From contig NC_045732.1 of assembly GCF_009834535.1 (NCBI RefSeq), positions 17,360,001 to 17,424,000 of the forward strand: a stretch of 64,000 nt of DNA. Direction: 5' to 3'. The stretch's first letter is position 1, and every line of letters starts with the position of its first letter. Positions 25,411-37,870 of the stretch are shown piece by piece. Both the position numbers and the translations under genes were made by a program. Origin of the DNA: Camelus ferus. Taxonomy: Eukaryota. Under the pieces are notes generated by a model. The model saw only the letters and a list, made by a program, of their open reading frames with translations, was not told the origin of the DNA and ran no database searches.

Positions 25411-26034
25411 GCTTTGATTTTCCAGTTGAAAATGTTAATCTTATTTAACACTTCTTAGCATTTAAAAACTTGTCACAATGACCCTCTGATCTTCTACTCC
25501 TGTTATTCTCTCTGCTCATCTTTATCTTCCTTGGTTTTTCTTTCTGCTTTGTTCCAATGTGGTGTCACAGTATAGCTTTAAACCAAGTGATCTGGGTAAT
25601 ATTCCTGGCTCTCCATAGTAAGATTCTGTGTTCTGTCTCCTTTTCTATGGCTTAGATAGAGGGTCTCCAAATAGACCACCCACCTTATCTGGGCTCTAGG
25701 CTTTCTCTCTCATTCTTCCTTCCCAACTCACCAAGCTGCCATTATAACTGAAATCATAAATCTTGGGAGATAAAGAAATATTCTAGGATAATTCCTGCCT
25801 TTAGCATTTGAATTTTAGTCTGGATTCATGCTCTCATGTTTGGGGCCTCTGAGAATTTCTCTTAGTTCATGGCCAGTCCAACTTTGCTTTTAAAAACATT
25901 TTATCCATTAATTTTAGGTGTTTTGAGAGGTTTTTTTAGTCTACTCTTGTTTATTACTTGAATTAGAGGATAACATAACACTCTCTGCAAATATTAAGAG
26001 TGACAATTCTTTGACGTGGCTGTTAGAGTTAACT

Positions 26035-26575
26035 GTCAAAGATAACTGCCCAATGAACCATACCTTCTAGTATCCATACCCTACAGAAGTCCCCTACTAT
26101 ATTGAAACTGAGCTGGCCATGTGTAACCAGTAAAATGCAGCAGAAGTGATGCAGCATGACTCCCAAGGCTGGGTCATAAGAATCCTTGCAGCAGCATCTT
26201 CCTTGTTCTCCTGGAATGCTCATTGTTGAGACACACCTTCTCAGAGCCCAGGCACCGTGGTGTATGAAGCCCAAGTCCCAGGGAAAGGCCGTGTGTGGGT
26301 CCTCTGGTTGACTATCCCAGCTGAGTTCCCATCCAGTATCCAACAACCAATATCAATGTATCAGTCATGCAAGGAAGCCATCTGGAAGTCTGACCCAACT
26401 GAGCCCTCAGATAACTCAAGCCTCAGCTTCCACATAACAGCTTGAGAGATCCCCAGCAACAATGTCCCGATGAACCCACTCCACGTACAGAACTTTGAGA
26501 GATAGTAATAGTTGTTTTAAATCATAACAATTTGGGAGTAATTTATTATACAGCCAACATAGTACCAGGACAACA
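26035..26575 (+). mobile_element. Solo MaLR LTR (MLT1F/G-like)
   Basis: Begins tgt; contains gcagaagtgatgcagcatgactcccaaggctgggtcataag and ends ttgttttaaatcataacaatttgggagtaatttattatacagc. Confidence 0.8.
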
Positions 26576-26819
26576 GTTAAGTCTTTTTGGATTAGGAGCC
26601 ATTTTATCTCTTTGAAGTGACTTTGCAAAGCTATGCTCTAATGTGCTACACTCATATTATACGGCATTTTAATTTCCAAATTCTTAGAAGGACAGCACCT
26701 AATTCCTGTTTTCATATATGATCTACACACATCAATGAACAACTAAAAGTGCATGACAGTCACATAGATAATTAAAATAGACAATGTTTGCTCTAGGTAT
26801 TAATTACTTAAATGTGCAT

Positions 26820-27830
26820 GACATTAAAACCTTAGAAGATAATAGAGGAACTCATCTTCATAATTGCAATATTGACACTCATATTCAAAGACAAAAGTAA
26901 CAAAAATTATAAGGGAAAAATTAATAAATTTTATATTAGCAGTATGATAAAGAAAGTAAAAAGCCACAGACTGGGAAAGATATCTGTAAAATACACAACT
27001 AGCAAAAGATTGGTATAAAATCACTTTCACACATAAATGAGGAAAAGGAAACAACCTAATTAAATAGTTTTCAAAAGAAATAAACAGGTGTTTCACAGAT
27101 AAAACACCAACGATCAGTAAACATATTGAAAAGGTACTCAAGCTCATTAGTAATTGGATGAATACAAACTGAAACCACAATGAGATGCTATTTAACATTC
27201 TCCAGACTGGCAAAACCTAAGAAGTCTGGCAATGCCAAGTGTTGGTGAGTACATAAAGAAATTAGAATTTTCTCCACTATGGTCAGAATGTAAATTATTA
27301 GAATACTGCAGGAAACAACTTGGCATCATCTAATAGAAATTGAAGCTGTGCATACCTTAGGATTCAGTAATTCTTCCTCTAAACATGCACATGTGAAGTA
27401 GAAGAAATGTATAAGAAGATTATGCAGTATTATTTATCATGGCCAAAAATTCTGGAAACTACCCAAAAGCCCATCAGCTGTGGAATGGATGAATAAATTG
27501 TGGAATGCTCACAGAATGGAACAACATATCGTGAAAATGAATCGCTTCTTGCTACATGCAACAACATACTATGAACCAAACAATGTAAATCACAGAAGAA
27601 TACAATCTCATTCAACTTATGTATAGTTTTAAACATGAGAAACTAAACAACGTGTATGTGTAAGAATAATCAAGCAAAGCAAGAAAATGGAGATAGTAGA
27701 TTAGCATTTGGGGGTGCTTCAGAAGTGTTGGTTATTTTCTATGTCTTAAGCCATATATGGTTACCTAGAAATTTATTTTCTCATTATGTATACTTTATAT
27801 ATATTTCACATATATACTTTTATAAATGTT
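26820..27830 (+). mobile_element. Old L1 ORF2 C-terminal and 3' UTR remnant
   Basis: aagccacagactgggaaagatatctg; caaactgaaaccacaatgagatgc; caagtgttggtgag are L1 phrases. Confidence 0.75.
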
Positions 27831-30800
27831 ATATGTCATAATATATCATTTCCAAAGGCAATTTAAGGTATTAATAAGCAGTGGAGTTGATTAGAATTAG
27901 AGCATGAAAAAGAGAAGTCAGAGATGTAAATAAAATCCCAATGCAAGGAATAAGTAACAGGAACAGATAATATAAATACTGAGTTTCACAAACGGGTATT
28001 ATGAAGTGGGAGATGGCTCCATCAGTCTATTTGAGATGGATTTCACTCACCTTTTTAACATTTCAACCTTATAGTCAGATCCTATAACCCTAATTTCATG
28101 TTTATCAGGAAACCTTCCCAGGCATAGTGCACTCAAGATGCTTATACATCACTCACCCCACATGGGTTACTTGGCAGCCTGAAAGCTGTATTTCCATTCT
28201 GGTTTATAAGTTAGGCTCTTACACTTTAGATAGCCAGTGTGTCACATCCCTGATTAGCTACATAATTGAGGTACTGACAAGGTCAATTTTGTGAACCTGC
28301 CAAGCTAAGAAACAGAGTTTAAACTGGGAAGAATACATAAGTGAATGCCACATTTTGAAGCTCTTATGTGTCAGTAAGCTGATAGTCCCAGATGATACCT
28401 TGAGTCTAGTCTCAATTCCATATTTATTTTTCTTATCTTTACATAAAGATCATAAGTCCCTAGAGAGCAGAAATAATGTCTTATATTTTTTTGCCCCATT
28501 TTCAGAGAAATACACAGTACTTTGTAAATGCTCAATTAATATCTGTTGATTGATTGATTAACAGGACTACTGATTATATACGCACTATCCTGTTAGCATT
28601 TATACTATGCTTTACAACAACAATAAAAACACCATCATTGACTATAATGAGTGGAACTTCACTTCAACTACCTAGTGCTAGCTTACTTGCAAATGTAAAA
28701 CTATTGCTATTGTTCAACTAAAATAATTCACCCTTTCAAAATCAGCTTCTTTTCAGCCTTCTGTGAACCAAGAAGAGGCATTTTAATATGGGGGAGGGGA
28801 GCAAACATTATGAAGTCAATAACAAAACTTTAAAATCTGAAAACTCTCCAAAAAAAAATTACAGCAAGAGTATCATGATAATGAACGTGATGTCATGTAG
28901 TTTTCATGTGAGTTGCAGAGCCAAACTGAGGAGATTCTATGACAAGTGGCACTGCAGCAGTCACTCTCCTTGTTATTCATTATTTCCCTTCTGAGAATTG
29001 TGGCACAGGAGAAACCTTTCCGATAACATTCAAGTGGGATTCTATTTGATTTAGCCTCCAAATTATTGTTTGCCTACTTGATGTTTATGAAAAGAAATGC
29101 TGCATTTCTCACATTAGCCAACAGAGAAGCAATCATTTGTGTGAATCATCACTGGAAATAGAAATTGTTTCAAGTGCTGGACACATTTGTGGTCTGCGAG
29201 CATTGAACACTAATGAGCAGAAGAATTCCAGTCCTAAAATGATTTTTTCTGACTTTAAGTAATTTAATCCAGAAATGCTCTGGACAGACATCCAATTCCC
29301 TGCACGGAGTCTGAAAGAGCAGTGATTCCACATTTAGACTTCATGGCCTTGAAGCTCGCCTCTCTGCATGCTGAACATCTTTATTCATTCCACAAGATAA
29401 AGAGAGAAGCAAGCCGGATTTCTAAAAATTAAAGAGAATAAATGCAGAGTGACATCAGCTCTTTAGGCTTCCTTGCTCTGTGGACAATGCTGGCCATTTA
29501 AAACAACTTAAAATTCCTCAGTACTAGAGCTTGCAGAATTCTGTACAAATCAACATGCAGGAACTATGCTTCACTTCTAACCTTCCTTTACAAACTCCTG
29601 TCTTCCTATCAACTTAATCCAACGGAGTGGGCTCCACAGTGTGCCTTTTATTTCCAGTATAACCATTACAAGGAGATAAAGGACGTATGGGCCAACGAGT
29701 GGCCATGAAAGTTGAGAGCCAACTGTTGACTCTGCAGTGTTAGCTTAGTGATCTAGGATTTAAGAGATAGACTCTACCTGACTCCTGAGGTATCATATGC
29801 CATCAAAAAACAGCAATCACTAATCATTAATCTCACAAGTTACACATTTTAACAAATATAATGACCATACATCCTCATGTCAGAGGGTTTTCTCACCCAG
29901 AAATCCATTCTAACCTAGGGCCCTAGAGTGAGAAGAGGCAGGAGAATTTCTCCTGAAATTCAGAAGGTACATTTTATCCAGATGAAATGGGCTTTAGCAT
30001 GCTCTGTGAGGAAACATCCTCAAGCGACTCAAGATTTGGTGAAACAACTTCTTGCCCCCTCTAATTTGCCTCAAACCGCTATTTCTCACATGGTATCAAT
30101 TATAAATTAATAAGTCCTTTCTCAATCTCTACCTCATCTTTTCAAATGAAGGAGAGAATGGCCATATTTCAGGAGGACCATCTCTCTGCAGGAGGACCCA
30201 CAGAGTTCACAAGGAGTCCTGATGCAGGATATTGATGTATTAGTCATCTTTCAAATCTTTTCCTAAGAAAATTGACTTTGAGACTTTTAATCATGGGCTT
30301 TCCACTTGTCGTTGTGTGTATGAATATAACGGAGACCAAAATGCCATCAAGAAAGGGGTATTTACTGCAATGGAATCATAAACATAGTTATTGAAAAATA
30401 GTTGTGGGTTTTCAGTGACTTGAAAAATATCAGTCATATATATGATGAGATATAAGTCTGTTCACAAGGTAGTAAATATAGAAAGTATGACTCTGTCACT
30501 CAGTAATCATGTGGACTTGGGAGAATTGATTTACTTACATGAACTTTAAATTCCTCACTGGAAAAAAATATGGTGATTAATCATTGTTCTGCCTACCAGA
30601 ACATAGCATGGATATTTTGAGAACTATAAAGCATGATGTATATGTTAGAGATTTATCAGTGTCAGTAAATAATACTGATGTTCAAATGATACTGTTGTTC
30701 CTAAAAATGTCTATTTGTTTATATCTATTTCAATTTTTTAAAATGTAGCATCATATAGACCAAAGATTGTGTATTGATCTCTATGATGTCAGAGGATGGG

Positions 30801-31439
30801 TCAGAATCTTCCCATTTCTCTGATGAGTACAAAATAAGGGTGCCACATGCCTCAACCAGCTCTAATTTAGTGAATTAGAAGCATAGGTGGATTCGACTTC
30901 AGGATTCCATTGCATTGCAAATAAGACCTTTTTCAAGCTCCTGAGACTTACTGTCCTTGAAAGTGGAATTGTCCAAGGGACAGAGTGAAAATGTGAGTTT
31001 TAGCAGTCAGTAGACACTGAGATTAAGAGCCTAAAACACATAGTCAGCTATGAATTCCTAAGACTTTCAAAAGTATTCTGTATTTTATGTAGCAATATTA
31101 CATCTGTATTTTATATATTATGAAAATGAGGCTCAGTGGGATTAAATGACTTTCCCAAGGTCATATAATTGATCAGTGTTAAAGGCGGTATGTGAATTAA
31201 GGACATCAGATTCATAGTCTCCTATTTGTATTTTCATCTCGTGCTATAGATTCCTGAGCCACTAAGCTGGGTTTCCTTTCCAATAATTGTAGTTCTCAAC
31301 TTGTTAATTCCTTAACAAGTAATTTTTGACAGAAATAAACATATTTCAGTATATAGTTTTATTTAAGCAGCACTTCTGAGTGCATTTTAAAAACTGCATT
31401 CTAATCACCATCAATACCATTATGATTACTGTCATTAAA

Positions 31440-32890
31440 ATTGAATGTATGGATATACAATGGTGGACAAAAACAGATGCCGTCTCTGTTCATTACAAAG
31501 CTCCTTATCTAAGCAATTAATCACACACATGTATACACGCAACAGTGACAAGTTCTTTGAATCAAAGGTGCTGAATACTAAGGGAGCCTGTAATAGGGAG
31601 AGTTGATAGAGTCATGCAGGTCAGGGAAGTCTTTCTTAAGGAAATAATACTTAAGCAGAGATTTGAAAAATAAGCTCATGTTAACAAGAAAAAATGGGAG
31701 GCATGAGCACTCTCTGAGATTAAGCAATATGGAAAACACAAAGGACTGAAAAAAGACCAATACGGCTAGAGGGCAAGGAATGAGATGAAGGACAATGTAG
31801 GCATGGGCCAGACCATGTGGAACCTTTAGGTCATGTTAAGTAGTTTTCTTGTCCTACCCAAAGATCAGTAGAGAGTCATCGTGTTAATTAGAAGGCATGA
31901 CATAATCAGATTTTGTTTTTTGGACAATCATTCTGGCTGCGGTGTAAGGATGAGGTGAAGGAGCATCTGCTATTGTTCCAGGTAGAGCAGTAAGGTAACT
32001 ATTGCTACAATACAAGCAAGAGATGAGGATAGCTCAACTACGGCTGGGGAGGTTGAGAGGGAGAGAAGTGGACAGATTTGGGAAATATTTGAGAGAGAAA
32101 ATCAACAGGGCTCAGTAAAGAACTGAATATGGCAGGTGACAGACAGGGAGTCTTAGAGATGATGCCTTGGCTTCTGGTTGGTGACAGTGAAACAGGGCAC
32201 AGTAGAATAGAAACAGGAGTTGAAGTAAGCCGTAAAAGCTGGTTTTGACATGTGGACTTTGTGGGGCTTTTGAGACCATTCAACAGGAAGTGTTTAGGAA
32301 GCATTGGAAAGAAATATATTTGTGTGTCATCTGCATAAAAGGAAAATGCCAGTTAGAGATGTGTATAAAACTAAGAGAATATAGTGTGAGAAGATGAGAG
32401 GGCCTAGAATATAGACTTTAGAAAACCCAACTTTTATAAGCCAGGTAAAGGACGATATGCCTGCCAAGGGGACATGCTAGGAGGCAAGCCAGAGTGTATT
32501 GTGTCACAGGGACAACGGAAGAAGGTGCTTCAAGAGAGCGGAATGGTGGCTTCTAGGGACAGAGGAGATGGGAAAATGAGGAGTTGCTAATCAGTGGGTA
32601 TAATTTCAGTGATACAAGATGATTAATTTCTAGAGATGCACTCTACAATATCAAGCCTATAGTTAACATTGTATTTTACACTTAAAAATCTATTGAGAGT
32701 AGACTTCAAATTAAGTGTTCTTACACAATAAAATAAAAATAAATTTACCAAAAAAGGGGAAAAAAGATCGCTGATGTTAAGTGCCATGGAAATGTCAAGT
32801 AAGATGACAACAGAAAAATATCCTTTGGCCTTACATTGGCAGACTTAGTGAGAGCTGTTTCTGTAGACTGACAGAGATGGAATCCAAATT
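31440..32890 (-). mobile_element. L2 remnant interrupted by an L1 3' tail (about 32530-32755, + strand)
   Basis: gatatacaatggtggacaaaaacagatg; ggccagaccatgtggaaccttt; gatttgggaaatatttgagagag are reverse L2 phrases. The insert ends taagtgttcttacacaataaaataaaaata. Confidence 0.75.
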
Positions 32891-33509
32891 GAGGGGAGAT
32901 GGGGAGGTTAGGCTAGATCCTCTCCAAAGTTCCTTCTAACTCTAAAATAATAAATGCTGTGATTTCATGCTGCTAGCCAGAGTCTCCCTTTGTCACAGGT
33001 TTTCCTACTCACCCTACTCCTGGTTAATAACAAGACTCTGCTGTTGAAAGAAATGATTTGCAAAGACTATATTAATTTAAGCATCATTACAACCTAAAAA
33101 AATTTTAGGACAAACCATTTTTATATACTTTTACATATATATTATCTTTTTTGGAGAGAATCTTGAGCACAAAAGAATCTTGAATGATTTTTCCATAGCA
33201 CCAATTGAAGAAACATATTTCCAGATATTGATTTTATTTTTTGTGTCAGGACTGTAGGGTCTAGTTTCCATGTGGATAAATTTGGAAGTGAACAGATTTG
33301 AAGTTGCAGTCCAGGGATGTCTCACACTATACTATACTGTTTTCCTTTTAAATTGAGTCACTTTTTCTGGGCTTTGAGAGTTAAGAGAACACATCCAAAG
33401 AACTGATTTTGTATATAAGCAGAATGCTTGGGCACTGCTGCTTTTCATCTAAAGAAAGGTCCTATGTTCTTACTGTCTTGGTTAGACAGAAATCTGATAA
33501 AAGGGCATA

Positions 33510-33665
33510 CAGACCACTGCTGCTCAAAGTGTCATCAGTGGATTAGCAACATCAACTCAGTTAGGAACTTGTTAGAAATGCACAATCTCAAGCACCATCT
33601 CAGACCTACTAGATCAGAATCTGCATTTCAACAAGATCTTCAGGTGATTATTTTAACATTAAAAG
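33510..33665. mobile_element. MER5A-like element
   Basis: gctcaaagtgt...ggaacttgttagaaatgcacaatctc...agacctactagatcagaatctgcatttcaacaagatc. Confidence 0.8.
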
Positions 33666-34235
33666 GTAAAAAAGAGCTTCCATTTTTCCTCAGAATCTAC
33701 TTTTTAAAAATATATAATACTTTGTTATTACTACTCTGCTATGATACTTAAACTGATCCAAGGGCATATTAGTCATTTATGGACTAAAAATTAATCATTT
33801 TCTTTTGTTTTAAAATTAAGACCTGCAATAGAATGCCAAGGTGATGAACAAGGTACATTTTACAGACAAAAAATAGGTTACTCACCCAGCTCATGGCAGA
33901 AGATGCATTTTTCATTTCCCTTTGCCAGAAGCCGATAATTACTTACATTGAACTATTTACCATTCCTCTTTTTTTATTAATAATCATAATTGTAAGTTTA
34001 ATTTGAAATAGCAAGGTTATCTGTCATGCTTTTGTACAGGATTTGTAAACTTCTACTATTTTCTGTCTCTTTAGCAATTTAGGAGAAGAACATTTACACT
34101 TTATTACCTGACCCTCCCTGGTGATTAATATCTGGCATGGGCAGATGAAATTCAACCTGCAGTCTCACCCTTCCTTGCTCCAGCTCTTACTCGGAGCTCT
34201 ACTCTAACCTTTAACCAGGGCAGGAAAAGATTGCT

Positions 34236-34253
34236 ACTGCCCCCTGCTGGCCC
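34236..34253 (-). promoter_or_regulatory. CTCF consensus motif
   Basis: Minus strand reads GGGCCAGCAGGGGGCAGT, matching the CTCF core CCASYAGRKGGCRS at every position. Confidence 0.7.
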
Positions 34254-34867
34254 ATTGTATTTTTCCTCCTCTACAAATTCGTGACTTGAAGAGGATGCCC
34301 AAGGATTTCGAGTCACTGATGAAAGCTCAGCGAAGGGGCTTTCCCTAGTAAAGAGGTAGAGAGATCCTTTGAGAACAGGCAGCTAAAATCAAACGAAAAC
34401 ACTCAAAGGGTGAGGAAGGTATAAACGGCTTCTAAATTAAATTATCGATTTTCATGTGCCATTTTCTGCACATGGGCTTCTCTATGCCAGGGAAATGTCC
34501 CCTCCCCTTCAGCAGAGGATTCCTCTTTTTGCCTCCAGGTTCCACTGACAAGGAGTAGACTACCCACTCCCCTATTATAATTTCGGTACTCTAGATGCTG
34601 TTCTCTGCTTCCCCAAATTTTCTTTTCCCACGCCTAGACCTATTCCCTTCTCTTTTCTGCTTCAAACTCCCGTCCCGCCCACTCACCGACAGACTCGCAT
34701 TTCCAGGAGCTCAGACCCTAGCCTCTTTCACCCTTTCCGTCTACCCTGACCTTTGCTCTTCCTTGGTCATCATCGCACCCCCTTCAGCACCCCTTCGCTG
34801 AACAGCCGGTCACTCTTTGCCTTTGAATGGCAGGAATGTCCCCTCTGGAATGCCTCTCCCCGACCCC

Positions 34868-35015
34868 NNNNNNNNNNNNNNNNNNNNNNNNNNNNNNNNN
34901 NNNNNNNNNNNNNNNNNNNNNNNNNNNNNNNNNNNNNNNNNNNNNNNNNNNNNNNNNNNNNNNNNNNNNNNNNNNNNNNNNNNNNNNNNNNNNNNNNNNN
35001 NNNNNNNNNNNNNNN
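34868..35015. other. N gap (148 N) in GLRA2 promoter
   Basis: Run of N flanked by C-rich sequence. Confidence 0.98.
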
Positions 35016-35492
35016 TCCCTACCCACTCCAGCGCGCAGAGTCCTTTCTTCTCCTTCATTTACAACTTCTTTTAAAAAGAGAACATTTTCTAGAGAAAAGG
35101 GATTTGCTAAATAGAAAGGACATAAAACAAAAGCCACAGCAACCCGACTTCCAGCATGGCATTGTCACCAGCCCCCTTTGCATGGTGATGCGATTAAGGT
35201 AGCAGCATTTTTATTATTCAGGAAAAGCAGCTGGGGGATCCATCAGTTCTAAGGCTTTGTCTTCCGTGGGTTAACTGATGGTCCTAAGCCCCGGTTTGAC
35301 CTGACCATGATGCCTAGTACTGGCACTTTTTGTTTTTTCTCAGCAAACTGTACAAACCCAAATCTCTTTTTGATTTTCAAGGAAACTAGATTCCTGCCAG
35401 ATTTTGAGTCTGGACAATAAATAGATACTTTGTCCTAGCTTCTTTCTGGAATCATTTCGGGAATATTTTCCACAAGCATCACAGATACAGGA
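35016..35492 (+). other. GLRA2: GLRA2 5' leader (non-coding part of exon 1; TSS not determinable)
   Basis: Repeat-free sequence contiguous with the start codon, resembling the GLRA2 mRNA leader as recalled. The 5' side is bounded by an N gap. Confidence 0.7.
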
Positions 35493-35560
35493 ATGAACCG
35501 GCAGCTAGTGAACATTTTGACAGCCTTGTTTGCATTTTTCTTAGAGACAAACCACTTCAG
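35493..35560 (+). CDS. GLRA2: Glycine receptor subunit alpha-2, coding part of exon 1 (signal peptide; 68 nt, phase-2 donor)
   Basis: ATG at 35493 translates as MNRQLVNILTALFAFFLETNHF followed by AG|gtaggt. This matches the N-terminus of mammalian GLRA2 as I recall it. Canonical GT donor at 35561. Too short for the ORF track. Confidence 0.96.
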
Positions 35561-36558
35561 GTAGGTGAAACGACTGTGCATGCCGATATTTTCCACATGA
35601 AAACTGTTTGAAAGAGAATGTGTCATGCAATTTTTATCTATTTTTCTATGCCCTGGACCATATTATTTTAATTTTATAAAGGAGAGTTAGATCTCTTTTG
35701 TTTTTTTAAAAAGCTTAATTATGGTGGGAAGGTGGTAAATTTTCACAAAGGCAAGTTTTATGATGCATAACCCCACTCTATGCATTTCAACACATTTTCA
35801 CAGCCAATGTGATATTAAGATACTCTGATGAGTTGCATGCTCTTTACATTTCTATATAATGATGATTTCTTTTTGCCTTAAAATTCTTCTGTAAGTCATT
35901 TAAAGGGGTTATTGAATGCAATTATTTTTTTCATATGGTGGAAGTGATTGAGTTAATTTGCCAGGAGCACGCTCATTTCATATAAAATATAAAAGAACCC
36001 AAATTCTTAGCCAACTTGGGACTTCTATTGTATTTCAGCAACTGGATACATACTATGAGAACTACAATTCAAGAAATTTCTTGAAACATCAAAAACATTT
36101 AAAATCTCATTTTACCACTATTCTACTGTTCAATATATTTGGAAACTGATTGACTATCAAAACTGAATATGCCATCTTTGTATTTCTGCATGCATGAGAA
36201 ATGGACTATGCATAATTAAAATAAGTGAGAAATCATTATTTGCATGCTTGCATTTTCTACTTAATTTCAAACTGTCTAATCAATTGATATCTCAAAATAT
36301 CAGATTATTACCAGTAAGTGAAATAGCCATTCTAATGGCTAAGAGGTTCTAAGACAGGATAGAGATAGATGTTTATACAACAAAGTGTAGGACTCTTCAT
36401 TTAATTTTCACCAAATTTTATGGTATTTTTTCACAGAACCAAGAGAAATGGAACATATAGCAATACTGCTATGAGTACTGGGAAAACCCACTATGTTCCT
36501 TTCAGGTTCACACCTCCTACTATGATTAAGAAAAACTGTAGGCTGGGTTTTATTAGAA

Positions 36559-36598
36559 TCATCATCATCATCTTCATCACCACCATCATCACCATCAT
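36559..36598 (+). repeat. Imperfect (CAT/CAC)n microsatellite in GLRA2 intron 1
   Basis: tcatcatcatcatcttcatcaccaccatcatcaccatcat. Confidence 0.9.
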
Positions 36599-37658
36599 AA
36601 TCAAATAATACTTGATTAATCAGATGAATCTGCATATGGGAATGTGAGTATTTCTAGGTGACTGTAACAATTTTTAACTCTTCCCAAATGTTTATATCAT
36701 CTTTTGCACTTACAGTTTATATTACTTCTTTGAAAAACAGGCAAGAATGTAGTATTTTATTAGTGCTAAGAATTAACAAGATTATTTGTTAAACTATTGA
36801 AAACAAAGCTTGTAAAAAATATATTTTAAGGAAGAAATCAACGTTCAGTGAACCACTATGCATTATGAAAGAATTCATTTCATTACAAACCAAATACTCT
36901 TTTTTATAAGCTCTTTAGGGAAAATGAAAATCTGAGAAACTTTCCAATTATCATTTAGTGGCTTTGATAATGCAAAAGACAAAATGATTTAGAAGTTCTT
37001 ATTCATGAATACTTTATTGGACAGTCAACAATTTAATTGCTAATATATAAATAACAACTGATAAAGTAAGAGATGTACAGCCATGCTCATTGTTGACCTA
37101 TTTTGGAATGAAGTTAAATTTCCAAGTGAAAATTTTCTTTTAGACAATACATTGAAAATTATTAATAGCTGATAGCTGGAACAGAATCTAGCAGGTGAGA
37201 TAGTAAGTAATGGGATAATTAGTTCATGGTTTACTTTGTTCTGCCCATCTTATATATTTCTTATAAAAAGTAGAGGACTTATATTAAGGACTGAAATGTT
37301 GGAAGATTATTTTGAAAGTCATGGGGAAATAATTTTAAGACAATCACATAAATTTTAGAAATTATAATCTTCATTTCTCTGACGACTCTAGAAAGAAATA
37401 GCTTTAACTACATATCCATAAAATCTACAACCTAAAGCTATGCATGTTGTATCATCTTAAACATCTTACGGCAAAGTTTGGTAACATAGGAGATATGACT
37501 CAGGATTTATACCTCTCATCATTCAAAGTTAATTTTAGACCATGTACAAGTTCAGAAGTTGACCAAAGAGTTTAAAATTTTCTTTTTCTTCTTACTAACA
37601 TATCAAACATATTTCCAAAACATGATGCAAAACATTCTGTGAGCATTAGTTTTCAGGT

Positions 37659-37870
37659 NNNNNNNNNNNNNNNNNNNNNNNNNNNNNNNNNNNNNNNNNN
37701 NNNNNNNNNNNNNNNNNNNNNNNNNNNNNNNNNNNNNNNNNNNNNNNNNNNNNNNNNNNNNNNNNNNNNNNNNNNNNNNNNNNNNNNNNNNNNNNNNNNN
37801 NNNNNNNNNNNNNNNNNNNNNNNNNNNNNNNNNNNNNNNNNNNNNNNNNNNNNNNNNNNNNNNNNNNNNN
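37659..37870 (+). other. GLRA2: 212-N gap, probably hiding GLRA2 exon 2
   Basis: No sequence encoding the exon-2 peptide (AFCKDHDSRSGK...GYDARIRPNFK) was found elsewhere in the window. The gap starts 2.1 kb after the exon 1 donor, similar to the recalled human intron 1 length, and is long enough for the ~134-nt exon. Confidence 0.65.

Larger units (their letters stand above)
34100..35015 (+). promoter_or_regulatory. GLRA2: GLRA2 proximal promoter region
   Basis: Repeat-free segment immediately upstream of exon 1, with raised CpG and pyrimidine-rich tracts. Contains a CTCF motif and an RE1-like motif; partly hidden by the gap at 34868-35015. Confidence 0.65.

Noticed and set aside
34420-34425. 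TATAAA as the GLRA2 TATA box
   Set aside because: More than 1 kb from the start codon, the TSS is unknown, and the hexamer is frequent in AT-rich DNA.
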